The notes beneath the pieces are model-generated. The model was not told the DNA's origin, ran no database searches, and was given only the letters and a program-made list of their open reading frames with translations. Position numbers and translations under genes: made by a program. A stretch of 64,000 bases of DNA from an uncultured Eubacteriales bacterium. GTDB taxonomy: Bacteria; Bacillota; Clostridia; Monoglobales; Monoglobaceae. This document shows positions 55,448-64,000 of this stretch, one piece after another. Position 1 is the first letter of the stretch. Each line of letters begins with the position of its first letter. The stretch covers positions 4,042-68,041 of the forward strand of contig CAJKNM010000001.1 in NCBI GenBank assembly GCA_905201285.1. The letters run 5' to 3'.

Positions 55448-56359
55448 TCATTTTAATGTTGCTACATATTTTTTAATCATAAAAACGGGGTGATAGGATT
55501 CCTTAGCCTTTCGCATCCCGGGAATCCCCATATCCTCCTCACGGTTTACATAGGTATAATCCTGCCATTCGTGCTCTAAAAACTGTTGATTTATCATAGT
55601 GAATGCACCTTCGCATTCGGGGTCAACGTGTTCAAAATGAATAACAACGGTATCACCGCACAGCGGTTCGCCAAAGGTGAAGGCAACAAGCCTTCCGCCC
55701 ACGCGGAGGCCTCCGCCGATATAGCCGAGAGATGCCCAACTGTTCAAGAATTCACAGATTGCCTCGCGTTCCTCACTAATGCTTTCGGCCTCCCAGCCCT
55801 TTCCGACCTGCCATTCGTCAAACAGATTCATACACTCGGCGTTATTTTCGGGCGTCAGCCGGCAATATTCCCAGTCGGGGTACAGCTTTTTAAATCTGTT
55901 TATGTGGTTCTTTTTAGAGTGAAACTTCTTTCCGGCGAGTTTTGTGAGTTCGTCAATCCTATAGACATAGTCAAAGTTGTTTCTGTCCTCGGTTATGATA
56001 AATTTATCCGGAAATTCTTCAACAAGCATTTTCATTGTGTTTTCATCATACAGATGAATGAGCGGTTCATCACCGCTTTCTTTAAAGTAATCCAAAAGTT
56101 CATCTATAAAATGCTTTATGCTTCGGGTTGTTCCGTCGGGGTTTTCAAATCCGATAGGAAAGCTCGCACTTCGCGGCCCGTCGGTGTGCTTCGGCAGGAC
56201 ACAAAGCATATCGTCGATGACGGCATACTTCATATCATAGCTCTTTCGCCACATATAGAGATAAGAAAACGAAAATTCCGAATTCTTGCTCTTTCTTCGG
56301 CGAAGAAATTCGTTGATGAACTCTTTTTTATCGAGAGTAATATCGTTTAATTCCAGCAT
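55448..56359 (-). CDS. DUF2156 (phosphatidylglycerol lysyltransferase C-terminal-like, GNAT-fold) protein
   Basis: Start trimmed to MLELNDITLDKKEFINEFL (AGGAGG RBS). SEFSFSYLYMWRKSYDMKYAVIDDML matches the family N-terminus as I recall it. Confidence 0.65.
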   Translation of the reverse strand: MLELNDITLDKKEFINEFLRRRKSKNSEFSFSYLYMWRKSYDMKYAVIDDMLCVLPKHTDGPRSASFPIGFENPDGTTRSIKHFIDELLDYFKESGDEPLIHLYDENTMKMLVEEFPDKFIITEDRNNFDYVYRIDELTKLAGKKFHSKKNHINRFKKLYPDWEYCRLTPENNAECMNLFDEWQVGKGWEAESISEEREAICEFLNSWASLGYIGGGLRVGGRLVAFTFGEPLCGDTVVIHFEHVDPECEGAFTMINQQFLEHEWQDYTYVNREEDMGIPGMRKAKESYHPVFMIKKYVATLK

Positions 56360-56367
56360 AAATCCTC

Positions 56368-56970
56368 CTATTTTATAAATTCGCGGACGCGGAAGGTAAC
56401 GCCGCAGTCCTCCGCAACTTTGCGGCATTGCTCAATTTCCTCGGGTTTCATTATATCCACAACAGACAGCACGACCTTCGGTACGTGCTGCTTTGCGAGC
56501 CTTGCAAATTCCAAAAGACCGGCATATGCTTCTTCGCCGAACTCGCTTTTACAGAGCTTTTGATACTTTTCGGCGTTTTCGGCGTTAAGACTGATTGAGA
56601 CACAATCTATTATCCCCTCAAGCTGCGGCGTTATATCCCTCTTATATATCATATTCGCCTGACCGTTTGTGTTAATGCGGATTTTAATATCCGGATGATT
56701 TTTTTTGAGCCATTTTGCGATTTCTATAACAACGTCGGCTCTCATCATAGGTTCGCCATAGCCGCAAAAAACAACCGCATCATATTCTGAAAGGTCGCGC
56801 TTTTCAAAGTCGGCCTTAATTTCATCCACGGCAGGCTCATGGTCGAGCCAGAGATTGTCCTTTCCGTTTACCGTGTCATGCTTATTTCTCACGCAGAAGG
56901 AACAAGCGTTGCTGCAGCGGTTTGTGATGTTTACATATAATGAACTTCCGAGCTCATATGTTATCGTCAT
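56368..56970 (-). CDS. Small radical SAM protein of the TatD-associated type
   Basis: 200 aa. MTITYELGSSLYVNITNRCSNACSFCVR gives the CxxxCxxC cluster at the extreme N-terminus. tatD lies 2.5 kb away. Confidence 0.75.
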   Translation of the reverse strand: MTITYELGSSLYVNITNRCSNACSFCVRNKHDTVNGKDNLWLDHEPAVDEIKADFEKRDLSEYDAVVFCGYGEPMMRADVVIEIAKWLKKNHPDIKIRINTNGQANMIYKRDITPQLEGIIDCVSISLNAENAEKYQKLCKSEFGEEAYAGLLEFARLAKQHVPKVVLSVVDIMKPEEIEQCRKVAEDCGVTFRVREFIK

Positions 56971-57037
56971 TTAATATCACCTCTTGATAATATTTTAACA
57001 TATTATATCCGAATTGTCAAAAATCAGACTAAAAAAT

Positions 57038-57478
57038 CTAAAGATTTTCAATTTCCATAATTTTTTCGACACGGCGTGAATGTCTTCCGCCGAGATGCGT
57101 CTGAGCGAGATAGGCCTTGACTATTTCGAGTGCGAGGTCGGGGCCTGTGATTCTTTCGCCGAGGCAGATAATTTGTGCGTCATTATGCTGTTTCGCCATT
57201 TTTGCGCTGTATGTATCGGTGACGTGCGCCGCACGGATTCCGCGTACTTTGTTTGCAGCAATGCTCATTCCTATACCTGTTCCGCAAATCAGAATTCCGC
57301 AGTCAAAATCCTCATCTCTTACCGCAAGGCTGACGGTTTTGGCAATATCGGGATAGTCCACCGATTCGGGGGTGTCTGTTCCGAAATCCTTGACCTCAAA
57401 ACCGTTTTCGGTCAGATATTCCTTAATATACGCCTTGTGATTGATGCCGCCGTGGTCGCTTCCTATTGCTATTCTCAT
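57038..57478 (-). CDS. rpiB: Ribose-5-phosphate isomerase B
   Basis: 146 aa. MRIAIGSDHGG, ILICGTGIGMSIAANK. Confidence 0.9.
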   Translation of the reverse strand: MRIAIGSDHGGINHKAYIKEYLTENGFEVKDFGTDTPESVDYPDIAKTVSLAVRDEDFDCGILICGTGIGMSIAANKVRGIRAAHVTDTYSAKMAKQHNDAQIICLGERITGPDLALEIVKAYLAQTHLGGRHSRRVEKIMEIENL

Positions 57479-57713
57479 AATTTATCGCTCCTTTGGACTT
57501 GCCGCCCTAAATTCTTCTCTTGTTACATAATATATCAAACATTAACAAAAAAATCAACCCAAACAAAGCCAAAAATTCTTTAATATTATAGTTGTATTTG
57601 GACAAGTTTAATAGTATAATATAAGTACGATAATAAAAAACAATATTACAGACTGAAAAACGGGCTGTGTTTACCGAAAACAAATTTACTTGACTTTATT
57701 GGAGGTATTGATA

Positions 57714-59435
57714 ATGGATTATAAAAAGGAATATCAGAGATGGCTTGATAATGCCGATGCGGAAACCGTGGCTGAACTCAACGGAATTAAAGATGATGAG
57801 AAAGAAATCGAAGAACGCTTTTATAAGAACCTTGAATTCGGAACGGCCGGCCTGCGCGGAATAATCGGCGCAGGTGCCAATCGTATGAACTCATATGTTG
57901 TAGGTCAGGCAACTCAGGGTCTTGCAAACCAGCTTATTAAGACGAATCCCGCGGGAATGGAACTGAGCGTTGCTATCGCGTATGACAGCCGTATTAAGTC
58001 TGACGAATTCGCGAGGACATCGGCCGCGATACTTGCGGCAAACGGAATCAAGGTATACCTGTTTGAAGAGTTAAAACCGGTGCCCGAACTTTCATTTACC
58101 GTTCGCTATAAAAAGGCGACGGCGGGAATCGTTATAACAGCAAGTCATAACCCGGCGAAGTATAACGGATATAAGGTTTATGGCGCTGACGGCGCACAGC
58201 TGAACCCTGAGCTTGCAGCGGTTGTGCTTGAAGAAATCGAGAAGACAGATATTTTCACGGGGGTTAAGACCTGCGATTTCGATAAGGCTGTTGCCGAAGG
58301 CGCTATTGTGATGATCGGCGATGAGGTAGAGGAGGCATACCTTGATTGCGTTCAGTCACAGTGCATAAACCCCGAGCTTGTCAGAGAAAAGGGCGACACG
58401 CTTAAATTTGTTTACACGCCGTTTCACGGAACAGGAAACAAGCCTGTCCGCAAGATTTTAAAGAGGATTGGCTTTGATAACGTCATCGTGGTAAAGGAAC
58501 AGGAAATGCCGGACGGAAGATTTCCGACCGTTAAGTCGCCAAACCCCGAAAATAAAGAGGGCTTTAAACTTGCCATCGGCTATGCCAAGGAATGCGGCGC
58601 GGATTTGATTATAGGAACGGACCCGGACGCTGACCGCGTCGGAATTATAGTTAAAAATAAAGAGGGAGAGTATGTAAACTTTACCGGAAACCAGGTAGGC
58701 GCTCTGCTTTCCGAATACATTCTGTCGTCGCTTAAAGAGCGCGGAGAGCTCCCGAAGGATGGATATATAGTAAAGACGATAGTTACCACCAACCTTGTCA
58801 AGGCAATCTGCGCCGCTTACGGCGTTGAGATGAAGGAGGTTCTGACCGGATTTAAGTTTATAGGAGAGAAGATTAAAGAGTCAGAGCAGACAGGCGTCGG
58901 AACATATCTTTTCGGATTTGAAGAGAGCTATGGCTATCTTAAGGGAACATACGCACGCGATAAGGACGCGGTTGTTGCGACAATGCTTATCGCAGAGATG
59001 ACGCTTTATTATCGTGAAAAAGGAATCACCCTTTCGGAACAGATGGAGAATATCTATAAAAAATACGGCTATTATGTTGAGTACGTTGAATCCGTTGTTA
59101 TGGAGGGTATGGACGGAAGCGCAAAAATTTCCGGAATTATGGGTAACCTTCGCAGAAATACCCCGCAGAGCGTTGCGGGAAAGAAAGTTGTGGCCGTACG
59201 CGACTATGAGACATCGGTTCGTACCGAGATTGAAAGCGGCAAGGCGGAGAAGATTCTTCTTCCTAAGTCAAACGTAATTTACCTTGAGCTTGAGGATGGC
59301 AATAACTTTGTTGTCCGCCCCTCGGGAACCGAGCCTAAAATTAAGCTTTACTGCCTGATGCGCGGGGGGAATAAGGCTGAGGCTGAGGCCCTTGTCGAGG
59401 CCGTCAAGGCAGATATTAAAAACATTGTAAAATAG
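57714..59435 (+). CDS. Phosphoglucomutase/phosphomannomutase family protein
   Basis: Active-site TASHNPAKYNGYK, Mg loop GTDPDADR, sugar loop GFEESYGY. Confidence 0.9.
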   Translation: MDYKKEYQRWLDNADAETVAELNGIKDDEKEIEERFYKNLEFGTAGLRGIIGAGANRMNSYVVGQATQGLANQLIKTNPAGMELSVAIAYDSRIKSDEFARTSAAILAANGIKVYLFEELKPVPELSFTVRYKKATAGIVITASHNPAKYNGYKVYGADGAQLNPELAAVVLEEIEKTDIFTGVKTCDFDKAVAEGAIVMIGDEVEEAYLDCVQSQCINPELVREKGDTLKFVYTPFHGTGNKPVRKILKRIGFDNVIVVKEQEMPDGRFPTVKSPNPENKEGFKLAIGYAKECGADLIIGTDPDADRVGIIVKNKEGEYVNFTGNQVGALLSEYILSSLKERGELPKDGYIVKTIVTTNLVKAICAAYGVEMKEVLTGFKFIGEKIKESEQTGVGTYLFGFEESYGYLKGTYARDKDAVVATMLIAEMTLYYREKGITLSEQMENIYKKYGYYVEYVESVVMEGMDGSAKISGIMGNLRRNTPQSVAGKKVVAVRDYETSVRTEIESGKAEKILLPKSNVIYLELEDGNNFVVRPSGTEPKIKLYCLMRGGNKAEAEALVEAVKADIKNIVK

Positions 59436-59483
59436 ACAGTGTACGCTGCTTTATAAAAGAGACAGGAAAAGGACAGAAGGATT

Positions 59484-60248
59484 ATGCTATTTGACACACA
59501 CGCTCATTTTGACGATGAGCAGTTTGATAAAGACCGTGACGAGGTTTTAAAGAGTCTGAAAAACTATGGGGTAACAAATATAACGAACATCGGCTCGAGT
59601 ATGCAGACGTCAAGAAGTTCGGCGGGGCTTGCCGATAAATATGATTTTGTGTATGCGTCGGTAGGGGTTCACCCGAGTGAGACGGGCAATCTGACAGAAT
59701 CGGATATGGATGAGCTTGAGGCTCTTGCTCAAAGGCCAAAGGTTCGTGCAATCGGTGAGATTGGGCTTGACTATCACTATCCGGATGATGTTCCGCCCGA
59801 GATACAGAAGAGATGGTTTATACGTCAGCTTGAGCTTGCTCGAAAGCTTAATATGCCGGTCATTATTCACGATAGGGATTCAAAGGGCGAGTGCCTTGAA
59901 ATCCTTAAGGAGAAGAAGATTTCAAACGGCGTTGTACACTGCTTTTCGGGAAGTGCGGAGACTGCAAGAGAAATCCTGAAGCTGGGTATGATGATTTCTT
60001 TCACCGGTGTTCTGACCTTTAAAAACGCAAAGCGTGCCGTTCAGGCGTGTGAGGTGATTCCGCTTGACAGACTGATGATAGAGACCGATTGCCCTTATAT
60101 GGCACCCGAACCGCATCGCGGAGAACGGAACTTCAGCGGCTATGTTGAGTTTGTCGCACGGAAAATGGCGGAGATAAAAGACGTTTCGTATGAAGAAATA
60201 TGCGAAATAACAACGAGAAACGCCAAACGTTTTTACGGAATTAAATAA
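59484..60248 (+). CDS. TatD-family metal-dependent hydrolase
   Basis: 254 aa. MLFDTHAHFDD, AIGEIGLDYHY, VIIHDRD, VVHCFSG, IETDCPY. Followed by hairpin AAACGGCTCAAGAG...CTCTTGAGCCGTTT. Confidence 0.9.
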   Translation: MLFDTHAHFDDEQFDKDRDEVLKSLKNYGVTNITNIGSSMQTSRSSAGLADKYDFVYASVGVHPSETGNLTESDMDELEALAQRPKVRAIGEIGLDYHYPDDVPPEIQKRWFIRQLELARKLNMPVIIHDRDSKGECLEILKEKKISNGVVHCFSGSAETAREILKLGMMISFTGVLTFKNAKRAVQACEVIPLDRLMIETDCPYMAPEPHRGERNFSGYVEFVARKMAEIKDVSYEEICEITTRNAKRFYGIK

Positions 60249-60306
60249 TAAACGGCTCAAGAGGGGTATTCTCTTGAGCCGTTTATGAATTTTTTTGAGA
60301 AAACAC

Positions 60307-60335
60307 TTGACAAGCAATGAAAAACCTGTTATAAT
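60307..60335 (+). promoter_or_regulatory. Promoter of the rpmG-secE-nusG operon
   Basis: TTGACA-17 nt-TATAAT with TGn extended -10. Confidence 0.65.
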
Positions 60336-60442
60336 AATCTTACCTCTGTAAAAGGGGTTTTATTTGTGTTGACGAAAGCCCTGCTTTTGAAATCAATTTG
60401 AATAAGGTTGAAATTAAATTGAAATAATGAGGTGAACATAAG

Positions 60443-60592
60443 ATGCAGACAAAAATCACATTGGCGTGCACAGAGTGCAAGCAGAGAAATTATGATACAA
60501 CAAAGAACAAGCAGAACTGCCCCGACAGATTGGAACTTAAAAAGTACTGCCGTTTCTGCAAAAAGCACACACTGCATAAGGAAACGAAATAA
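60443..60592 (+). CDS. rpmG: 50S ribosomal protein L33
   Basis: 49 aa, below the track cut-off. Manual translation [58 protein letters not shown]. Confidence 0.9.
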   Translation: MQTKITLACTECKQRNYDTTKNKQNCPDRLELKKYCRFCKKHTLHKETK

Positions 60593-60605
60593 GGAGTGTA
60601 GGATT

Positions 60606-60815
60606 ATGGATCAGGCAAAGCCTAAGTTTTTTGCAAAAATAGCAAATTATTTTAAAGATGTAAAGGCCGAGATGAAAAAGGTTGTATGGCCTTCCCTCGA
60701 AAAGGTAAAGCAGAACACCATTACCGTTCTTGTTTACGTTTTGATTGTAGGTGTTGTTATTTGCGGCCTTGATTGGCTGTTTACGTGGCTCATGTCACTG
60801 TTTCTTAACAGATAA
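60606..60815 (+). CDS. secE: Preprotein translocase subunit SecE
   Basis: 69 aa. MDQAKPKFFAKIANYFKDVKAEMKKVVWPS...single TM. Lies between rpmG and nusG. Confidence 0.85.
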   Translation: MDQAKPKFFAKIANYFKDVKAEMKKVVWPSLEKVKQNTITVLVYVLIVGVVICGLDWLFTWLMSLFLNR

Positions 60816-60847
60816 TTACAGGAGGGAAGGGATTTTTCCCGATTTAT

Positions 60848-61372
60848 ATGGCTTCAAAAGACGCGAAATGGTATGTTGCACATACTTATTCCGGCTATGA
60901 AAATAAAGTAATGGCCGATATAATGAAAACCGTCGAGAACAGAAATATGTCTGACGTTATACAAGAGATTAAGGTTCCGATGGAAGAGGTTGTCGAGGTT
61001 AAGGACAACAAAAAGAAAACGGTTGAGCGAAAGATCTTCCCCAGCTATGTTATGATTAAAATGATTATGACTGACGAGAGCTGGTACGTTGTCAGAAATT
61101 GCCGCGGCGTTACGGGCTTTGTCGGCCCGGGTTCAAAGCCGGTTCCGCTCACTGACACTGAGGTTGAGGCTATGGGACTTGAACACAAGTCCGTACAGCT
61201 TGACTTTAAAGAAGGCGATAATATCAGAGTTAAATACGGTCCTCTTGAAGGCTTCGTAGGGGTCATCACCGAAATCCTGATGGACAAGAAAAAGGTTCAC
61301 GCAAGGGTTTCGATGTTCGGCCGCGATACCGATGTTGAGCTTGAATTTAATCAGGTAGGAACTTTGGTTTAA
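60848..61372 (+). CDS. nusG: Transcription termination/antitermination factor NusG
   Basis: 174 aa. KWYVAHTYSGYENKV, FPSYVMIKM, KOW motif GDNIRVKYGPLEGFVGVI. Confidence 0.9.
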   Translation: MASKDAKWYVAHTYSGYENKVMADIMKTVENRNMSDVIQEIKVPMEEVVEVKDNKKKTVERKIFPSYVMIKMIMTDESWYVVRNCRGVTGFVGPGSKPVPLTDTEVEAMGLEHKSVQLDFKEGDNIRVKYGPLEGFVGVITEILMDKKKVHARVSMFGRDTDVELEFNQVGTLV

Positions 61373-61501
61373 TCGCATAGAATTGTTACCCACACGGCTG
61401 AGTCCGTTTATATATTCCGTCGCTCTGCGGCGGTTGTGGGAGGGATGCGCATACGTATTCCCGATATTACCACGTTTGTGAAATGAGGAGGTGTATTCAT
61501 A

Positions 61502-61927
61502 ATGGCACAGAAAATTACCGGTTACATTAAACTGCAGATTCCCGCAGGTAAGGCTACTCCGGCTCCCCCGGTTGGTCCTGCTCTCGGTCAGCATGGTGTT
61601 AATATCATGGACTTTACAAAGCAGTTTAACGAGAAAACTCAGAAGGATGCAGGCCTGATTATCCCGGTTGTTATTACCGTATATCAGGATCGTTCCTTTA
61701 CCTTTGTTACAAAAACTCCGCCGGCTCCTGTTCTTATCAAGAAGGCTTGTAAGATTCAGAGCGGTTCGGGCGTACCTAACAAGACAAAGGTTGCACAGCT
61801 CAGCAAGGCTGACCTTAAGGCTATCGCTGAACAGAAGATGCCCGATCTTAACGCTGCTTCAATCGAAGCCGCAATGTCAATGATCGCCGGCACAGCCCGT
61901 TCAATGGGTGTTACTGTTGAAGAATAA
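61502..61927 (+). CDS. rplK: 50S ribosomal protein L11
   Basis: 141 aa. [34 protein letters not shown]. Confidence 0.95.
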   Translation: MAQKITGYIKLQIPAGKATPAPPVGPALGQHGVNIMDFTKQFNEKTQKDAGLIIPVVITVYQDRSFTFVTKTPPAPVLIKKACKIQSGSGVPNKTKVAQLSKADLKAIAEQKMPDLNAASIEAAMSMIAGTARSMGVTVEE

Positions 61928-61996
61928 TTCGACGGTTCTTAAAATAGTGGGAGGGGCGCAAGACGTCCTGCTGAACCACCATAGGAGGATTTTAAA

Positions 61997-62689
61997 TTGA
62001 AGAAAGGTAAAAAGTATCAGGACAGCGTAAAGCTGCTTGAAAAGGGTAAGTTATACGACACCGCTGACGCTTTGGATTTGGTTTGCAAGACTGCAACCGC
62101 AAAGTTTGACGAAACTGTTGAACTTCACGTTAAGCTCGGTGTTGATTCAAGACACGCTGACCAGCAGGTCAGAGGTGCTGTTGTACTTCCTAACGGAACA
62201 GGTAAAAATGTTCGCGTTTTGGTTTTCGCACGCGAGGGCAAGGCTGATGAAGCTAAGGCTGCAGGTGCGGATTATGTAGGTGCGGAAGAGCTCGCACAGA
62301 AGATTCAGTCAGAGAACTGGTTTGATTTTGATGTTGTTGTTGCAACCCCGGATATGATGGGTGTTGTCGGCAGAATCGGTAGAATATTGGGCCCGAAGGG
62401 ACTTATGCCTAACCCGAAAGCCGGTACGGTTACACCTGATGTTACCCGTGCAATAAACGAGATTAAATCAGGTAAGATTGAGTATCGTCTCGACAAGAGC
62501 AATATTATCCACTGCCCCATCGGAAAGGCTTCCTTCGGAGCAGAGAAGCTTGCGGCTAACTTTGAGGCGCTTATGGGCGCAATCATAAAGGCAAGGCCCG
62601 CAGCAGCAAAGGGTCAGTATTTGAGATCGGTTACCATTGCTTCTACAATGGGCCCCGGTATTAAGTTGAATCCGAACAAGCTTGTATAA
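61997..62689 (+). CDS. rplA: 50S ribosomal protein L1
   Basis: 230 aa. TTG start. [35 protein letters not shown]. Confidence 0.95.
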   Translation: MKKGKKYQDSVKLLEKGKLYDTADALDLVCKTATAKFDETVELHVKLGVDSRHADQQVRGAVVLPNGTGKNVRVLVFAREGKADEAKAAGADYVGAEELAQKIQSENWFDFDVVVATPDMMGVVGRIGRILGPKGLMPNPKAGTVTPDVTRAINEIKSGKIEYRLDKSNIIHCPIGKASFGAEKLAANFEALMGAIIKARPAAAKGQYLRSVTIASTMGPGIKLNPNKLV

Positions 62690-62699
62690 GATAAAAATT

Positions 62700-62873
62700 A
62701 AATTAATATAGGTTCCGCAGACAGCAGGTGGCTTTGCCGTAAATCCTGCCGAGGATAAAATGCAAATTTATTGCAATATCTCCCTGTGTGTCTGCTTGAT
62801 GCATAGGGTTTTTCATTGGCTCTGCTGATGATATTCCATAGCGGAATTAAAAGGCAGAAAGGAGGAAATTATA
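62700..62873 (+). ncRNA. Ribosomal protein L10 leader-like structured 5' UTR with attenuator hairpin
   Basis: 174-nt untranslated region before rplJ. Hairpin CCCTGTG...CATAGGG followed by TTTTT at 62782-62813. Position matches the Firmicutes L10(L12) autoregulatory leader. No covariance model was run. Confidence 0.5.
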
Positions 62874-63452
62874 TTGCCAAGTCAGAAGGTTTTAGAAAGT
62901 AAAAAGGCGATAGTTGAACAACTCAAGGAAAGATTTCAGAACGCTCAGGCAGGTGTTCTTGCCGATTACAGAGGTTTGACGGTTGCTCAGGATACTGAGC
63001 TTCGTGTTAAGCTGAGAGAGGCGGGCGTAGAATACGCCGTTGTTAAGAATAACCTTACTCGTTTCGCTGTAAACGAGCTCGGTATGAATGAGCTTGATGA
63101 GGTTCTTCACGGACCGACAGCCATTGCTACAAGTGAAACAGATGTTGTGGCTCCGGCTAAGGTTCTGGTTGATTTTGCAAAGGATAACGAGGCTCTTGAA
63201 ATCAAAGGCGGCTTCATAGACGGAAAGGTTGTATCTCTTGATGAAATCAAGGTATACGCATCAATCCCGTCAAAGGAAGTTCTTATTTCAAAGATGCTTG
63301 GTTCGCTGCAGTCACCTATCAGCAAACTTGCAAGAACGTTGCAGGCTATTGTTGACGAGGAGGCTACACCCGGAAAGGCTGCTGAAGCGGCTCCTGCTGA
63401 AGAAACAGCTCCTGCTGAAGAAGCTTCTTCAGATACAGCAACCGAAGAATAA
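62874..63452 (+). CDS. rplJ: 50S ribosomal protein L10 with Pro/Ala/Glu-rich C-terminal tail
   Basis: 192 aa. TTG start after GGAGG. VADYRGLTVAQDTELR. Tail PGKAAEAAPAEETAPAEEASSDTATEE. Confidence 0.9.
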   Translation: MPSQKVLESKKAIVEQLKERFQNAQAGVLADYRGLTVAQDTELRVKLREAGVEYAVVKNNLTRFAVNELGMNELDEVLHGPTAIATSETDVVAPAKVLVDFAKDNEALEIKGGFIDGKVVSLDEIKVYASIPSKEVLISKMLGSLQSPISKLARTLQAIVDEEATPGKAAEAAPAEETAPAEEASSDTATEE

Positions 63453-63516
63453 TTTTCGGATTGTGATTATTTATTAAAAAACTTAAAGAAATTTTATAAT
63501 ATGGAGGAAATTTAAA

Positions 63517-63885
63517 ATGGCTGATGTAACAAAGATTCTTGATGAAATAAAAGAATTAACATTACTTGAAGTAAATGATTTGGTAAAAGCTTTGGAAGAG
63601 GAGTTCGGTGTATCTGCTGCTGCTCCGGTTATGGTTGCAGGTGCTGCAGGTGCCGGCGACGCTGCTGAAGAAAAGACTGAATTCGATGTTATCCTTGCTG
63701 CTGCTGGTGACCAGAAGATTAAGGTTATCAAGGTTGTAAGAGAAATCACCGGTCTTGGCCTTGCTGATGCAAAGGGTCTTGTTGACGGTGCTCCTAAGCC
63801 CGTTAAGGAAGGCGCTTCTAAGGACGAAGCTGAAGAAATCAAGACTAAGCTTGAAGAAGTTGGCGCAACTGTTGAACTTAAATAA
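63517..63885 (+). CDS. rplL: 50S ribosomal protein L7/L12
   Basis: 122 aa. [31 protein letters not shown]...[28 protein letters not shown]. Confidence 0.95.
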   Translation: MADVTKILDEIKELTLLEVNDLVKALEEEFGVSAAAPVMVAGAAGAGDAAEEKTEFDVILAAAGDQKIKVIKVVREITGLGLADAKGLVDGAPKPVKEGASKDEAEEIKTKLEEVGATVELK

Positions 63886-63900
63886 GTTTAGAACATTAAA

Positions 63901-63926
63901 AAAGGTCGGGATTTCCCCGGCCTTTT
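63901..63926 (+). terminator. Terminator/attenuator after rplL
   Basis: AAAGGTCGGG-atttc-CCCGGCCTTTT hairpin with T-run. Confidence 0.65.
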
Positions 63927-64000
63927 AGATTACGGTTTGAGAGGCTGCCCGTTTGGGCGGCCCCTTACTGCGTTGACAGACCTTGACAGACAAAAATTTC

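Noticed and set aside
60432-60815. 127-aa ORF covering the rpmG-secE region.
   Set aside because: Its first half is an alternative frame of rpmG. The real genes are L33 (60443-60592, a different frame) and SecE (60606-60815, the in-frame tail of this ORF, starting at its internal ATG).
61373-61996. Possible L1-binding autoregulatory structures. One is the hairpin CCCACA...TGTGGG upstream of rplK. The other is the GGGAGGGGCGCAAGACGTCC segment before rplA.
   Set aside because: The position is plausible, but I cannot verify the L1-binding consensus or the structure from memory. It is too speculative to list as a feature without a covariance-model scan.
1-64000. CRISPR arrays, rRNA genes, retron or DGR reverse transcriptases, and integrases.
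   Set aside because: Reading the sequence and the ORF track showed no regularly spaced direct repeats, no rRNA-like stretches, and no ORFs with RT or tyrosine/serine-recombinase motifs.

Overview
This is a 64-kb chromosomal window from a Firmicutes/Clostridia-type genome, judged from the rpmG-secE-nusG-rplKAJL block, comEC-holA synteny, PyrR attenuation and SLH, dockerin and BspA-LRR surface proteins. All calls come from reading the ORF translations and the DNA by eye. No searches were run, so family names rest on remembered motifs.

**Layout**
- 1-4.6 kb: a partial SAM-methyltransferase gene, a heterodimeric ABC exporter pair and a TetR regulator.
- 4.8-15.2 kb: an accessory surface-protein cluster. 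A four-gene minus-strand operon encodes a secreted cohesin-like protein, two BspA-LRR proteins each ending in cohesin-like plus dockerin modules, and a cohesin-like protein with three SLH repeats. A 1327-aa S8 protease with a Big_2/cohesin-like/dockerin tail is transcribed divergently.
- 15.3-17.5 kb: an IS3-family element with perfect 25-bp inverted repeats and an in-frame TGA in the transposase, followed by a TnpV-like gene coupled to a small secreted-protein gene.
- 17.7-31.4 kb: mostly housekeeping genes (YfcE, manA, ComEC-MBL, holA, murA, an amidase, LOG, Lrp plus an aminotransferase). tRNA-Thr(UGU) is followed by a barstar gene and a barnase-like remnant.
- 31.4-34.8 kb: an AT-rich islet holding a two-gene operon of unknown function. 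A DDE insertion sequence (IS) with an 8-bp target duplication splits the operon, and an XRE regulator sits next to it.
- 34.9-49.3 kb: mutS2, ppa, feoAB, a PyrR-attenuated uracil permease with pyrR, mscL, a TetM/EF-G-like GTPase fused to a Rae1/YacP NYN RNase domain, and a second ABC exporter pair.
- 49.4-55.4 kb: a scrambled prophage remnant (tail fibre, portal, CI-like repressor, large terminase).
- 55.4-64 kb: DUF2156, a TatD-associated radical SAM protein, rpiB, a phosphoglucomutase, tatD and the ribosomal-protein block.

**Most interesting leads**
- The GTPase-NYN fusion.
- The non-cellulolytic cohesin/dockerin/SLH assembly.
- Its four GTTAG-N6-CTAAC operator-like palindromes, one of which also lies upstream of the ABC operon.
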